A DNA stretch of 64,000 bases from Paraspadella gotoi (lineage: Eukaryota; Animalia; Chaetognatha). The notes below the pieces were generated by a model. The model saw only the letters and a program-made list of their open reading frames with translations, did no database searches and was not told the DNA's origin. Shown here piece by piece: positions 39,510 to 53,309 of the stretch (position 1 is its first letter; every line of letters begins with the position of its first letter). The stretch covers positions 3,618,785 to 3,682,784 of the forward strand of contig CM119263.1 of NCBI GenBank assembly GCA_051294375.1, in the 5' to 3' direction. Both the position numbers and the translations under genes were made by a program.

Positions 39510-39789
39510 TATGAAAGAATGATAAATGAATAAATTATGAAAATTATATTAGATATTTGAAATATTTGAAATATCGAAATGAGAAAATTAAAATGAAATT
39601 GTAGATTTACTTGTGTGAAAATGAAATGTGCAAATTTATTAGAAATGAAAATTGTTGATTTCTGTTTGAAAATTAGAAAGTTAGGATTGAAATAATCGGT
39701 AAAATTGCAATGGCGAATAATGGTTTGATAGCGAGGAAAAATTTTTTTTTTAGAAAATAGATTGGCAATGTTAACGGTTCGGAATCGAA

Positions 39790-40030
39790 AGCGTAACTGA
39801 ATGAAATCGAGTCTCGTTGGCATCGTCCTGCTCTTCCTCTTCCTTCTCCTCCTTCGTGATTGGCTCTCGTCGCATCGACTTACCTCGTTTCCACCAATGA
39901 ATACGATTCTTTACTCTTTAATTTGGCGTCGTTTTTTTCTCTTATCTGATTGGATCTCGTCGATTCTCCTTACCTCGTCTCTACCAATGAACACCATTCT
40001 TTACTTTGTTTTCTCTTTCCTGATTGGCTA
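39790..40030 (-). promoter_or_regulatory. Putative promoter of the 310-aa ORF: duplicated ~90-bp module, five CCAAT/ATTGG boxes, Inr-like TCATTCAGTT
   Basis: gattgg..cttacctcgt..ccaatgaa..attctttact at 39858-39916 and 39948-40005, gattgg at 40022; Inr-like motif at ~39795-39804. Confidence 0.5.
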
Positions 40031-40435
40031 AATCTCTTCTCTTTTGGCTTTTTAGTTGATCGAGTAATCGTAATAGAAATAGTAAAATGTCAAACTATAA
40101 GATTTATAGGAAATGTTTTAATATAACGATGGTTCCATCGAGGTTTTTATTATAATTAGGCATAACACTGTTTAAATGGCGGTAAAATTGGGCAGTTTAA
40201 ATAAATAACAAAAATTAAAAATATTTACCCCATGAGCCAGAACGAATAGCAAAAACTAAAAATATATATATAATATATATACTAAGTATTTGTCATTTTC
40301 TTTTTTTAAAAGGCTCCAAATTTATGCTTAACCGACTCAGTATATGCTGTTATTATTACCCTACATATTTTACGCCTGAGATGAGCGAAATACGTTTTCA
40401 GTGATATATATTATCAGTGATATATATATATATAG

Positions 40436-41009
40436 TCAGTGATCTGCTGCACATTTGCATCTACAATTTGTTTCAGTTGGTTGACGACCTCGACTTCTGC
40501 TGTTACTTTTGGCTAATGTTACTGTAGGAAAGAGAGCTCGAATCACTTGACCAAATGATGCTAAAAACACGTGTCCCTCAAATTTGTGTCTTTTAATCCA
40601 TAAACTGATAAAACTTTGTTGCCTTTTTTAATGCGGAATTGTATGCAACCGACCACGTACGATTTTTCAAGCAGACGATTTTAAGATTTCGATAGGCTAT
40701 GTAAAAGATATATCTATATAAGATAGAAAACAGTAAGCTATTAAATAAAAAAAAATTGTGCAGTACTATCAGGTAAAAAAAAATCTGACTCGTTAATCAA
40801 TCTAGCACTGTTTTACAATATCTTCGAATGGGGGTGAACGCAAAACTTATGGTCAGATTCTTTGTCCTCAGTTTTTGACCGGTCGAATTCTCTTCTCTTT
40901 CTTTCCCTCGGGGGAGTTTTCGTCGGACAAAATGACCACCGACCACTATGACCAGTGACCGGTATCATTCTTGTGAGAGACGCTTGAGATTCACCGAGAA
41001 AAATGCCAT
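40436..41009 (-). CDS. Putative small two-exon gene of unknown function (frameshifted)
   Basis: Corrected frames give SDENSPEGKRREFDRSKTEDKESDHKF and AYRNLKIVCLKNRTWSVAYNSALKKATKFLSVYGLKD..FLASFGQVIRALFPTVTLAKVTAEVEVVNQLKQIVDANVQQ. Confidence 0.35.
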
Positions 41010-41299
41010 GTCTCTAATCTCTCTCTCACTCACTCTCTCTCTCTCTGACCGTTCTATTATCCTTCCTTTTAAAAATTTTCCCATTGTCTTTGTTCGGCCT
41101 CACAATATGTGAAGATGAAAGGCGAATAATCCTTTGTCGGTTCGCGTTACTACCGCACAAGGAAATGTTGTTGTCGACTTTAAGGTTAGGAATTTTTCTG
41201 TTTCACAGAGAAAATTAAGTGAAAAAATCTTACAAGTATACGATCTCGCCAAGGTATAGTATCAAAGAAAATTAATGAAAAAGTACTATAATCTAATTT

Positions 41300-41520
41300 A
41301 TTAATGCGATGATAACCAAATATTGATGCGATGATAACCAAATATTGATGCGATGATAACCAAAAATTGATGCGATGATAACCAATAATTGATTCGAAGA
41401 TAACCAAATGATTGATGCGATGATAACCAAATGATTGATGCGATGATAGTCATTCACTGATGAAATGATAATCATTTACTGATGCGATGATAGTCATTCA
41501 TTGACGCGATGAGTCATTCA
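41300..41520 (+). repeat. ~23-bp minisatellite, same family as 31380-31600
   Basis: Read directly. Confidence 0.88.
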
Positions 41521-42484
41521 TCGTAAATAAAACAAACAAACGCGTGTATGAGTGAGAGAGAGAGAGACAGAAACAGAGAGTGTACAAACTTTGTTTCCAA
41601 ACATAAAACACTTATTAAATATCAGAGCCATAAAATAAATCCACGAAAATCTTGGATGTAAATTTGGGATTTTGTATTGAGAAAAAAGCGCAGAATAAAT
41701 AGCGATAATAAAAGTTTGGGAAAAAAAAATAATCAGAATTTTTCTAAAAACGAACGATCACGCAAGAGATCGTACAGAGAGAGACACAGAGAAAGCCTGA
41801 ACTCGTTTTTAAATGATTCAGAAAAGGCAGCGCCTGATAAAAAAAGGGAAAAAAATAAATATATAATTTAAAGAAATAAAAGAAAGGCAAAAAATGTTAC
41901 AATTGTTTACAATTGGAAATTATTACAATTTTTTCTAATCATAGGTTGTAAAAGTTTTTATTTTTATTTGTATTAAAATTAAAATATAGCTTCTCATTTG
42001 ATTGGACATGTTTATTATAGATTCAAAGATTTTTTTATGAATTTCTTCTCTAATATTATTCACTGCAATATGTAAATTAGATTAAAACATTTCTATATAC
42101 TAATTTGGATATTATAATGAGTACTATAATCTCATTTACATATTGCAGTAAATCAAAATGAAGTGAAACTTCAAACAAAAAATACTTGAATCCAAATGTA
42201 ATATAAAAATATAATATAATATAATATATATATAATATATAATATATATATAATATAAATATAAAAATTTTAAAGCTATTTCAAGATGAGAAGCCATATA
42301 TAAATTTTTAACTTACTATGATCGCACACTTTTGTAAAACTTTATCATAATTTATAATAATTTTTATTTAAAAAAAATGGTAAGTCCCAACCAAAACTAT
42401 AAAAGCGTAGTATTTTTTATACAAAAAAGCGTGACGACAACGCCGACAACGACACCGACGACGACGACGACGTCACAAAAAAGC

Positions 42485-42796
42485 CTGGTCTTCGCTCAGA
42501 AACAAAGCTTAGCAAAAGAGTGAAAACGGTTTGGAAGGAAACTGGAATCCCAGTCGCGTTCTGGCTTCGCGCGCAGCTGAGCCGCCGGGCGGAGTCGCCG
42601 CGTCGGTGCGCAGCCGCTGCTATTTCGTTTTCTGCAGCGGCGAACGTGCGGATGGCGATATTGGGTACAGGGTGAAGCGATGATTGATATCGAGTACAGG
42701 GTGGATTTGGGCATTGGATACAAATGGCACACTTGGTACAGGGTGGGGAACATTATGAGATGTGATGCAAATTACCTGATTTTTGTAACGTGACAT
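42485..42796 (-). CDS. Possible 5' fragment of a gene with three HPV(P/L) repeats, cut off at a repeat terminus
   Basis: MSRYKNQVICITSHNVPHPVPSVPFVSNAQIHPVLDINH..HPVPNIAIRTFAAAENEIAAAAHRR (one frameshift); gtacagggtg occurs three times. Confidence 0.3.
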
Positions 42797-44689
42797 TTTT
42801 GTGAGGAAATGATTGCTGAGTTGCAAGTTATTGGTTACAAATTGTAATACAATCGATGGAAGAAAATGTATGAGAGAGAGAGAGAGAGAGAGAGAATTAT
42901 GGGAAAACTCTCGAGAGCGAGCCATGAATCATTCAACACAACATCGAGAATTATTAGAAATGGCGTCATAAATTGGCTAAAAAAGGATGGAGGCCATTTT
43001 TCGACTCTGGAAATCCTTGAGAATGAATAACGGGGTCATTTCTTGATAATTGTCTCGGCGAAATATGAACACTATAGGGTTGCGTGTTGTATGCTTTTTG
43101 ATGGATTTGTAATTTTTTACTAAACCAGGGAAACTTATCTCCTAAATTTATTTCTATTTTTAAATTGGGTTTGGTGAAGAAGATTAATGAAAAAATGTAA
43201 GTTTGCGAAATTACAACAAAAGAACTTTAATTAAAATGGAATGTATGAATAATATTTGAATATAAACAACGAACAAACATTTTTAGAGAGAAATAATGGA
43301 CTAAACAATAAATAGTTAAATTAAATGTATATCTGTGAATATATCTTTCTATGGATAACTGAAAATGAATATCAAAATACTTTTCTGAAAATTCATTAAC
43401 TCAATCTGAATTACCGTAAACTAACAATTTGTTTTTATTTTAATTAAATTTTAGATTTGTATCGCTGCAATAATGCATCGTATATAAATATGCAAATGAA
43501 AATAACAATTGTGCTCTCTCACTGTTCTTTTGTTCTTCTTCGTTACCAAACTTGGTTAAGAGAGTGCGGTATAGACCAATAAGCCTCTCAACTCTGCCAA
43601 AGGAAACAAAATGCTAAAGCATTAAAAGTTTTTTAAAAAAGTATATTTTCTTTTCTTGGTGGCTTTTACACTTCATTTCGAAAAGTCCCATTTTAGTTCA
43701 TGATCATAAGTGAAGAATAAAAATAGAATGACTTACCTTTAGTTTTAATCCAGGTGTGTTCGCAAAAAAGAGGAATTAAAAAAAGGAATGTAAGATTCGC
43801 GACTCTCTAAATGTGGTAAAGATGAGCTAAATAAGTTTTAATTTAAATTTTCTACTAAAAAGATGGCCTTAAAAAATTAAATATAACTAATTATTAAGTT
43901 ATAATGACTAGCGTAAAAACAATTGTCAGAAAATAATTTTTGAAGTTCCGTTTGAATTTTTTTCTATAAAATGTTACTAATTTATTAATAAACAAATTTG
44001 TCATTTTTTTGCCAGCCACCATCCTCCAACAACGCCAGAAACGAACGTTAAAATTTCCCTGTTAATTCAAATAATTAAAATACTGACTGTAAAATATTGT
44101 CTCTCCTCCGGTCAATCTTTTGACTTGACCTTAAAATGACCGATTCTTTCGGCTATCTGGTCACCTTCATTTGGTTTCTTTTAGCCACAGTTTTGAGAAA
44201 CTTATCATTCGAGAAGAACCAGTTACAAATTATAGTACGGCCGTCTTCAACCAAGTTTTCACAGGTTCCATAGATTCCACATTTTGAACCACAATTTTAA
44301 TGATCAATTCTTTATAAAATAGAACATTTGGGAATTTATACCACGTTTTCGAAATTCATTTCCACTCTCAAGATTTAGAGAGACAGCAAGAATTTGCGGA
44401 CCTACGTTAAAACAGCTCGGGCTGCNNNNNNNNNNNNNNNNNNNNNNNNNCCTTCCTCTCGAACGCTCGACCTTTTCGGGGCGTAGAAAATAGACACTTT
44501 CTACACCTGACATAATGACAACTCTAGAAGACGTTAACGTTCAAGGACTACTATTTCCTAAGATAAGTAAAAAAATTTAATCGCTTTTGGGACTGTATCG
44601 CTGTAAAAAACTGTTAACATTTAATGATTTATCTCTTTCTAAGAATTAAGAGGTAATATACGTTTTTAAAGGGTATGAACCATCAGGTA

Positions 44690-44938
44690 TAAAAATCGTT
44701 TCTTTTCGCAATAAAGGCGTCGCCACTTATCCTCCGCGCTCAGTGGCTGTGTCCGCCGCCATTTTTTAATAATGGCATTAGGGAGAGAGATAGGGATTAC
44801 AGCGAGAGCAGAAGGGAGAATGAAAAGGAGGAGGAGGAGGAGGCAGGAGGAGGAGGAGTAGGGAATTAAACGTAAGAAGGGACGAAGCGAGAGAGAAATT
44901 ATCGAAGCATATCTCCGCTGAGATAGAAGAGACGAAAG
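44690..44938 (+). CDS. Possible exon, acidic/coiled-coil
   Basis: ERDRDYSESRRENEKEEEEE..SRELNVRRDEAREKLSKHISAEIEETK followed by gtaat. Confidence 0.25.
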
Positions 44939-45273
44939 GTAATAAGAGCAACAGATATCGAAAAGAAAATAGGAAAAAAACAAAAGAGAGAATGAGAGGG
45001 TAATAAAAGCTCTCGAATTGGAACCAGTCAAAGAGCTGGATATAAGTGAAAGGTGAGCTTAAGCATAGTCTGAAAAAAATATCATTGAGAGAGGGAAAGA
45101 GAGAGAAGAGACGAGAGAAGAAGAGAGAGCAGAGGAGAGAGAAAGAGAGAGAGAGAGAGAGGAGAAGAGAGAGAGAGGAAGCAGTCGAAGCAAAAGAAAC
45201 GAGACGGAGAGAGAAAAGAGAAATAGTAATAAATGATCCACATAAGAACCCCATTATGTCAATAAACAGTTAC

Positions 45274-45522
45274 TTTTTCACATCAAACGTGCCATTTTAT
45301 TCGAGTATAAGTGCCATGAGCGAGCCACTGGGTATCTCGAGTCTCCGCCAGCCACTGACCCAAGCCGGCCAACTCAAATGTAGCAAGATTCATTTTTTTC
45401 CCGACCGCGGATTGCAAGGACTCTAAGATTCGGGCCCGGATCTCTCGCGCCCGTCTTGGCACTAGCGGCCAGGGCATGAAGCCGCCGGAGCAGTGCCGCC
45501 GAAACTTGAATTTGAGGATGGG
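45274..45522 (-). CDS. Possible internal exon of a helical protein
   Basis: ttttctcag acceptor and gtaact donor; QVSAALLRRLHALAASAKTGAREIRARILESLQSAVGKKMNLATFELAGLGQWLAETRDTQWL after one frameshift. Confidence 0.4.
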
Positions 45523-45537
45523 CTGAGAAAACCGCAG

Positions 45538-45922
45538 GAAGAGGATCGTTTGTGGTGGAGCGGGGAATTGGAGCAGACTGAGAAGGAGCAAAAGAGAAAA
45601 AGAGGAAGAGGGTCGGTTGTGGTGGAGCCGGGAATTGGGCAGACTGAGAAGGAGCAAAAGAGAAAAAGAGGAAGAGGTGGTCGGTTGTCGTGGAGCCGGG
45701 GAATTAGGAGCAGCTGAGAAGGAGCAAAAGAGAAAAAGAGAAGAGGATGTTTGTGTGGAGCGGGGAATTGAAGCAGACTGAGAAGGAGGCAAAAGAGAAA
45801 AAGAGGAAGAGGATCGTTGTGGTGGAGCGGGGAATTGGAGCAGACTGAAAGGAGCAAAGAGAAAAGAGGAGAGGTCGGTGTCGTGGAGCCGGGGAATGGA
45901 GCAGACTGAGAAGGAGCAAAAG
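45538..45922. repeat. ~66-bp minisatellite, 6 units
   Basis: gaggatcgttgtggtggagcggggaattggagcagactgagaaggagcaaaagagaaaaagaggaa. Confidence 0.92.
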
Positions 45923-46573
45923 CCAAAAAAAAGAGGAAAGAAAGGAATAGAAGAAAAAATAGAGAGAAGAGATAGTCGACAAGAAAAAAATAGAGGAAAA
46001 TGAAAACCAGTTTTAAAAAATGTAAACCTTATTATATTTTTAATATTTTTGCGATTATTCTTTTTTTTTTATCAAAAACACTAATAAAACGGCAAACCTA
46101 CTTTTTAGTTGCGCCGGCGAATACTCGCGGAGCAACTCTATAAATCACATTTCGGTCGGTGTTAGTCTGTCCCTCGGTCTGTTCCACTTACTTTAAAATG
46201 GAAATAATTCGCTAATGGTATTGCTATTTATTAAGGCAAAACCTCAATCTAAGTGACTGCACGCGCCGCCTTCAGGAAATCTAAAACTATAAGGAATAAA
46301 AGACGAATTTTGATGCAGTGCATGTCATAAATAAACGGGCTAAAAAGTTATAGAGTCATGTAGTATGTCATTTGAATTACAGTTCTTATTTTTATAAAAA
46401 AAAAACTGTAGTTCGTCCCGACGCGAAAGACGCCATTTTTCTAAGATCATAATAAAATCTCCTCTTTCCGTTCTCTCTTCCCCGATTTTTTCAAATTTCC
46501 ATTTTTTTTCAAGAATATTTTCTCTTTTTTAAATATTTTTTTTTGGGGGGTGGGCCGACGAATTCAGCGCAGC

Positions 46574-46696
46574 ATGAACCGCATTCCGCGCGGCGCGGGT
46601 GTCATGTTTGACGTCATGCGTCGCCACATCTTGAAGAATCCAGAAGTGTATTGGCAAATGGAAGCGAAAAGGATGCCCGACGAAACCGATTGGGGT

Positions 46697-46754
<58 letters not shown>

Positions 46755-47644
46755 AGGGAGAGAGGAGAGAGGAGGGAGAGAGAGAGGGAGGAGAGAGAGA
46801 GACAATCCACTAATCCACTTCTCTTTTCCTCCTCAGCTTCCACCTCCTCATCCTTCTATTATCTCGAATCAGCTGCTCTTCACAAAAATGATTTTTTCTT
46901 TCTTCGCGATTTCAACTCAAACGTCTCGAGTCACGAATCGGGCGACGCCGCAGCCGCAGCCGCCGATGCCGACGCCGACACCGCCGCCGACTCTGCCGAC
47001 GCCCCCTCATACAAATTAGACGTGCGGCGGCGCCAACTCCAGCGACAACAACAGCAACGACAACAACAGCAGCGGGGAGTCTCCGCTGTTGACGGCGATG
47101 GCAGGGAAAGGCTTCGTGGAGTCGAGATGGCGCTGGTAAGTTTGGTTGACCGAGGTAAGTCATATTTAAGAATTTAAAAGAGATTGAACGAGCATGTAAC
47201 AAAAAAGCAAAGTTAAATAAAACACATATGTCGTTGAAATATCGTGTCAAACATTGGCCGCTTGAGTTCTCTCGCTTGCGGTCTCTCTCTCTCGCTTTCG
47301 TCCCATTTTACCAACTGACGAACGCTCGACTCTCCTCGCAGAAGCGTCCCGTCACCGGTCATCTTCGTCCGTCCTCATCGTCGCTCGCCTCCAGCCTCAC
47401 GACACAACGACGTCTTCGACGACGACGAAAACGAGAAACGCGATGAAACCGCCGCAAACCAAAACCGCCTAAAATCCCCAGAAGCCCCAGGGATCTGAAG
47501 AGAGGAGACAAGGGTCACATCCCCAAGAGGGTGGGCGCACTCACAAACTCGGGGAGTACATGTTAAAGGGTGTCGAGTGGGCGTGCCGCGAGGGGGCGGG
47601 ATGGGGGGGGAGAGAGAAGTGACGCCATCTTGAGTCCGGAGTGA
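46574..47644 (+). CDS. Last three exons of an unknown gene, copy 1
   Basis: Same exon structure as 57639-58874. Confidence 0.45.
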
Positions 47645-48790
47645 GAAGTTGATTCATTCGAAGGACGAAAAAAGTCAAATGAAGATCGAAAAGACGGAGA
47701 ATGAAGATGTATCTTTGAGGGATGGGAGAAATGGATTTTTGGGAGGCGTCTGTTATCGATCAGATATGCATGTGCTCCCTATTGCAACTTGCCATTGCAT
47801 TTATATTTTAACTAGCTATCCTGTGCTTTGAATAGAACGAAATGATGAATCTCTAATCGTTTCTTTCAAATAAAAATAGAAAGTTGAATGATTTTTTTAA
47901 AATTTTAATGGGAAGCTAAAAAAATACTCTTCTGCAGATAAGTTTTTAACGGACAATTTAATAACGACAACTTACTATATTTTTCCTTTTTTAGAAAAAA
48001 AATCCTTTTATGAACTTTTTTATAACTTATTCTTTCTTTCTTCTTTCTTTCCCTTTTCTTATCTTTCTTCTTCTTCTTTTTTCTTTTCTTTCTTTCTTTC
48101 TTCTTTCTCTTCTTTCTTTCTTTCCTACTTTCCCTTTCGTTCTGTTCCGCTCTTCATAAACGCGCTTGAACTATTATAAAGTCGGACTCCTTTCTTTCCC
48201 ACTTTTCTCCCTCTTCTCTCCTCTCCTCCTCCTCCTTCCTCCTCCTCCTCCTCTCTCTCTCCTCTCTCTATTCTTGTTCCATCCCGGGTCACCCAGACAC
48301 TGTTTTTTCCCTTAGAGAATGCTCCATGTGTGGACTAGAGATTTATTAACTTTTTCCATTTATTAGTTTATCATCCTCCCTTTTATATTTTAATATTCAT
48401 ACTTGGTTAGCTCAATACGATTCGAACGGAGACGACGACGCCGAATATAACAACGAGACGACGACGAAGTCTTTGTACTTTGTGACCGTAGTGGTCAGAA
48501 GAATGGCCGTTCGTATCCAACAGAATGACCTTTGTTATGTCTGACCTTTTTCAGCATGAAATACGTATTTTTAATATATGTTTTCTATTCTCATAAAATC
48601 ACGTCTCGAATTTTTCTCGTAAATTCTTCTTTTAGAGATATTACGCGGCCATATCTCGCAGTTTAAACTGTTAACTTCGCGCAGTTCGGGGAAGAGAACT
48701 ATATGTTCACCGCAACTACGCCTGCGGCGGCTTCGCCGGATATCATTCCCGGCAAAGCCCGCCCAATTCTTGACGGGGACGAGAATGGCC

Positions 48791-48830
<40 letters not shown>

Positions 48831-49625
48831 GCAGACTGAGAAGGAGCAAAAGCGAAAAAAAAGAGGAAAGAAAGGATAGAAGAAAAGATAAAAGAAAAGA
48901 TAGAGGAAAAGGAAAATCAGGAACAAAGTATAAAAATTATAAATATGCGAATTCGGTGAAGTTGGTTCCTGATGATACATTTTATAAAACTAACTAACGA
49001 GTTGAAAAGTAGCCGAGAGAGAAAAAAAATCCGACGAAGGAAAAGTTTCTAAAAATTGTTGTAGAAAGTCCGAAAAGAAGTTCATTGAAAACCAGTTTTA
49101 AGAAAATGTAAACCCTTATTATATTTTTAATATTTTTGCGATTATTTTTTTTATTTTTTATCAAAAACACTAATAAAACGGCAAACCTATTTTNNNNNNN
49201 NNNNNNNNNNNNNNNNNNTTCGTTTTTTCGCCGGCGAATACTCGCGGAGCAACTCTATAAATCACTTTTCGGTCGGTTTACTCCGGTCTGTCACTCTTAT
49301 AATACGCAATGGGTCTTTATTAAGGAACCACGTGACTGACCGCGTTCAGGAATCTAAACTAAGAATAAGACGAATTATGCAGTGAGTAAATACGCAATTA
49401 TAGAGTCATGATTGTTTGAATTACAGTTCTTATTTTTATATGAAAAAGATACACTGTAGTTCGTCCCGACGCGAAGAGACGCATTTTGCTCTAAGATCAT
49501 ATAACAATTCTCCTCTTTCCGTTCTCTTCCCCGATTTTTTCAAATTCCCAGTTTATTTTTCAGAATATTTTCTCTTTTTAAATTTTTTTTTTGGGTGGTG
49601 GTGCCGACGAATTTCAGCTGCATGC

Positions 49626-50786
49626 ATGAACGCATTTCCGCGCGGCGCGGGTGTCATGTTTGACGTCATGCGTCGCCACATCTTGAAGAATCCAGAAGTG
49701 TATTGGCAAATGGATGCGAAAAGGATGCCGACGAAACCGATTGGTAGAAACGGGGGTTGATTGTAATGATGATAAGAAGTTGGGCATGGCTAAAGTCTCA
49801 AGTATAACTTAAGTTTAGATATAAACGAAAACGGGTAGAGTTCTAACAAGCAGAAACTTCAGTGAGAGAGAGAGAAGATGAGAGAGCAGGAGGAGAAGCA
49901 GAAAAGAGAGAGAGAGAGAGAGGGAGAGAGAGAGACAATCCACTAATCCACTTCTCTTTTCCTCCTCAGCTTCCACCTCCTCATCCTTCTATTATCTCGA
50001 ATCAGCTGCTCTTCACAAAAATGATTTTTTTCTTTCTTCGCGATTTCAACTCAAAACGTCTCGAGTCACGGATCGGGCGACGACCGCAGCCGCAGCCGCC
50101 GATGCCGACGCCGACACCGCCGCGCTCTGCCGAGCCTCAGCCCTACAAATTAGACGTCGCGGGCGCCAACTCCAGCGACAACAACATAGCAACGACAACA
50201 ACAGCCAGCGGAGGAGTCTCCGCTGTTGACGGCGATGGCAAGGAAAGCTTCGTGAGGTCGGAGATGGCGCTGGGTAAGTTTTGGTTGACGCGAGGTAAGT
50301 CATATTTAAGAATTTTAAAAAGAGATTTGAACGATGCATGTTAACAAAAAAGCAAAGTTAAATAAACACATATGTCGTTGAAATCTCGTGTCAAACATTG
50401 GCCGCTTGAGTTCTCTCGCTTGTGGCTCTCTCTCTCGCTTCGTCCCATTTTACCAACTGACGAAGCTCGTATCTCTCCTCGCAGAAGCGTCCCGTCACGC
50501 GTCATCTTCGTCGTCCTCATCGTCGTCGCCTCCAGCCTCACGACACAACGACGTCTTTCGACGACGACGAAAACGAAAACGCGATGAACCGCCGCAACCA
50601 AAACCGCCTAAAATCCCCAAGAAGCCCCAGGGACTGAAGAAAGTGAGACAAGGGATCACATCCCCAAGAGGGTTGGGCGCACTCACAAATCCTGCGGGGA
50701 GTACATGTAAGGGTGTCGAGTGGGCGTGCCGCGAGGGGGCGGGATGGGGGGGAGAGAGAAGTGACGCCATCTTGAGTCCGGAGTGA
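49626..50786 (+). CDS. Last three exons of an unknown gene, copy 2
   Basis: Same exon structure as 57639-58874. Confidence 0.45.
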
Positions 50787-51957
50787 GAAGTTGATTTCAT
50801 TCGAAGACGAAAAAAGTCAAATGAAGATCGAAAAGACGGAGAATGAAGATGTAATCTTGAGGGATGGGAGGAAATGGGATTTTTGGGAAGCGTCTGTTAT
50901 CGCATCTAGATATTGCATCTCCCTATTGCAATCGCCATTGCATTTATATTTTAACTAGCTATCCTGTGCTTTGAATAGAACGAAATGATGAATCTCTAAT
51001 CGTTTCTTTTCAAATAAAAATAGAAAGTTGAATGATTTTTTAAAATTTTAATGGGAAGCTAAAAAAATACTCTTTCTGCGATAAGTTTTTAGAGACAATT
51101 TAATAACCAACTTACTTATTTTTCCTTTTTTTTAGGAAAAAAATCCTTTTTATGAACTTTTTTATAACTTACTTTCTTTCTTTCTTTCTTTCCCTTTTTT
51201 CTTTCTTTCTTCTTCTTTCTTCTTTCTTTCTTTCTTTCTTTCTTTTTTCTTCTTCTTCTTTCTTTCCTACTTTCCCTTTCGTTGTTCCGCTCTTCATAAA
51301 CGCGCTTGAACTATTATAAAGTCGGACTCCTTTCTTTCCCACTTTTCTCCTCTCTCTCCTCCTCCTCCTCCTCCTTCCTCCTCCTCCTCCTTCTCCATTC
51401 TCCGTCCTCCGTATTTTGATTCCATCCCGGAGTCACCCCGAACATGTTTTTTCCACTTAAGAAGAATTGCCATGTGTGGATAAGATTTATTAACTTTTTC
51501 ACATTTATTGTTATCAATCTTCACCCTTTTTATATTTTAATATTTCTATCACTTGTGTAGACTCAATCGATTCGAACGGAGACGACGACGCCGAATATAA
51601 CAACGAGACGACGACGAAGTCTTTGATACTTTGTGACCGTAGTGGTCAGGAAGAATGGCCGTTCGTATCCAAACAGAATGACCTTGTTATGTCTGACTTT
51701 TTCAGCATGTAAATACGTATTTGTAATATATGTTTTCTATTCTCATAAAAATCACGTCTCGAATTTTTCTCTAAATTCTTCTTTTAGAGATATTACGCGG
51801 TGCCATTAGTCTCGCAGTTTTAAACATCGTTAACTTCGCGCAGTTTCGGGGAAGAGAACTATATGTATCACCGCAAAGTGACGCCCTGCGGCGGCTTCGA
51901 GGGGATATCATTCCCGCAAACCCCGCCCAATTCTTGACGGGGACGAGAATGGCCCTA

Positions 51958-51992
<35 letters not shown>

Positions 51993-53309
51993 ACTCTCTC
52001 TCTACTCTAGTCGTCTCTCTCTCACAAACGTTCTTTTTTTTTGGGGCTTCAAAGTATCTCAATGGCGATAACAATGAGTGGTCACAGATTTGAATTTTTT
52101 TTGCTTTCTTTATATGAATTTTTTAATCTATACGATAATATTGAGACAGAACAAAGTTAAAAAAAAAAGAGAAGAAAAAAGAAAGAAAAAATTATCGGAA
52201 AAAAAAAGAAAAGGAAAGAAAAGAATGAAAAAGATAATTAAAGAAGAAAGAAAGAAAGACAGTATAAGTATATTGTAAGTGTAAAAAGTGTGTTATTTAG
52301 CTGGATATACAGGCTTTCTGATGGCAATAGTTATGCTGATGAAAGACTGAATTAAAATCAAACAAACAGACAAACAAATGTCTTTTTTCAATTAAAACTC
52401 ATAAAGATGCTAAAAGAGAAGAGAGAGAGAGAAAGAGAGAGAAACAGGGAGCGACAAAATAATACATTATGTAATGTACGACAAGAGACTAAGTTTAAAC
52501 TAATGGTGAATTTTAACAATATTCTCAATAATCAAATAAAAATAGTAATGAAAGGAAAGAAAGTTTTTAATGGAAATGATACATTTTTATGAGGATAGAT
52601 AAGTTAAATTGAAAAATTTAAAGAATTAAGATAGGAATGAATCTAAATGCAAATAAAATATTATTTTGGAAATTCGTGATTGTAAGCGTTCTCTCTCATG
52701 TTTCCAGTTAATAAAGTTTTTTATCAACAAGACTCCCATGATGATGATTCACGGCGGGGACAGGGCTTCAAACGTCAATCCCCACAAAATAGTGGCGGGA
52801 TTCTCCGCCGTGGATAAAGGCAGAAGGCTTCAAACAGTAATCCCCGTAAAAATAGGGTAGGATTTCCCTCAAAACAGAGATGAAAAGAAAGGCAGTTTCT
52901 CGCGTTGAACAGAAAGAGGGCTGTCAGTTGAAACTTTCCCCGTTATAGCCAGGTTCAAACTGCGCTCTTTATGTGACGGTGCGTCATATACTTCTGTCTT
53001 TTTTAAGTCACCGACAATACCAAGATTTTCTTGATTTTGCTTATTTTTCTAACAAAAAATACATTTTTTCCTCTAAAGTAGCTTTTTCTTCTCTCGTATT
53101 TCTCACCTAAGTTTTTCCTGTTCTCCCCCTTTCCTCCCCTCTCTGGCCCCTTCCCCGTGTCTCTCTACCCCCTTTCTTCCCCCTCTTCCACTCCCCACGC
53201 TCCGCACCTCTCACCCTCCTCCCCACTCATTTCTCCATCGTTTATTATTCTTACCTCTTTGTCTCTTTGTCTTTTGGATTATTACTGACTTACAACTTTT
53301 CTCAAGCCC

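Noticed and set aside
48961-48998. ctgatga flanked by a gttggtt/aactaac stem
   Set aside because: No stem II, GAAA or cleavage triplet
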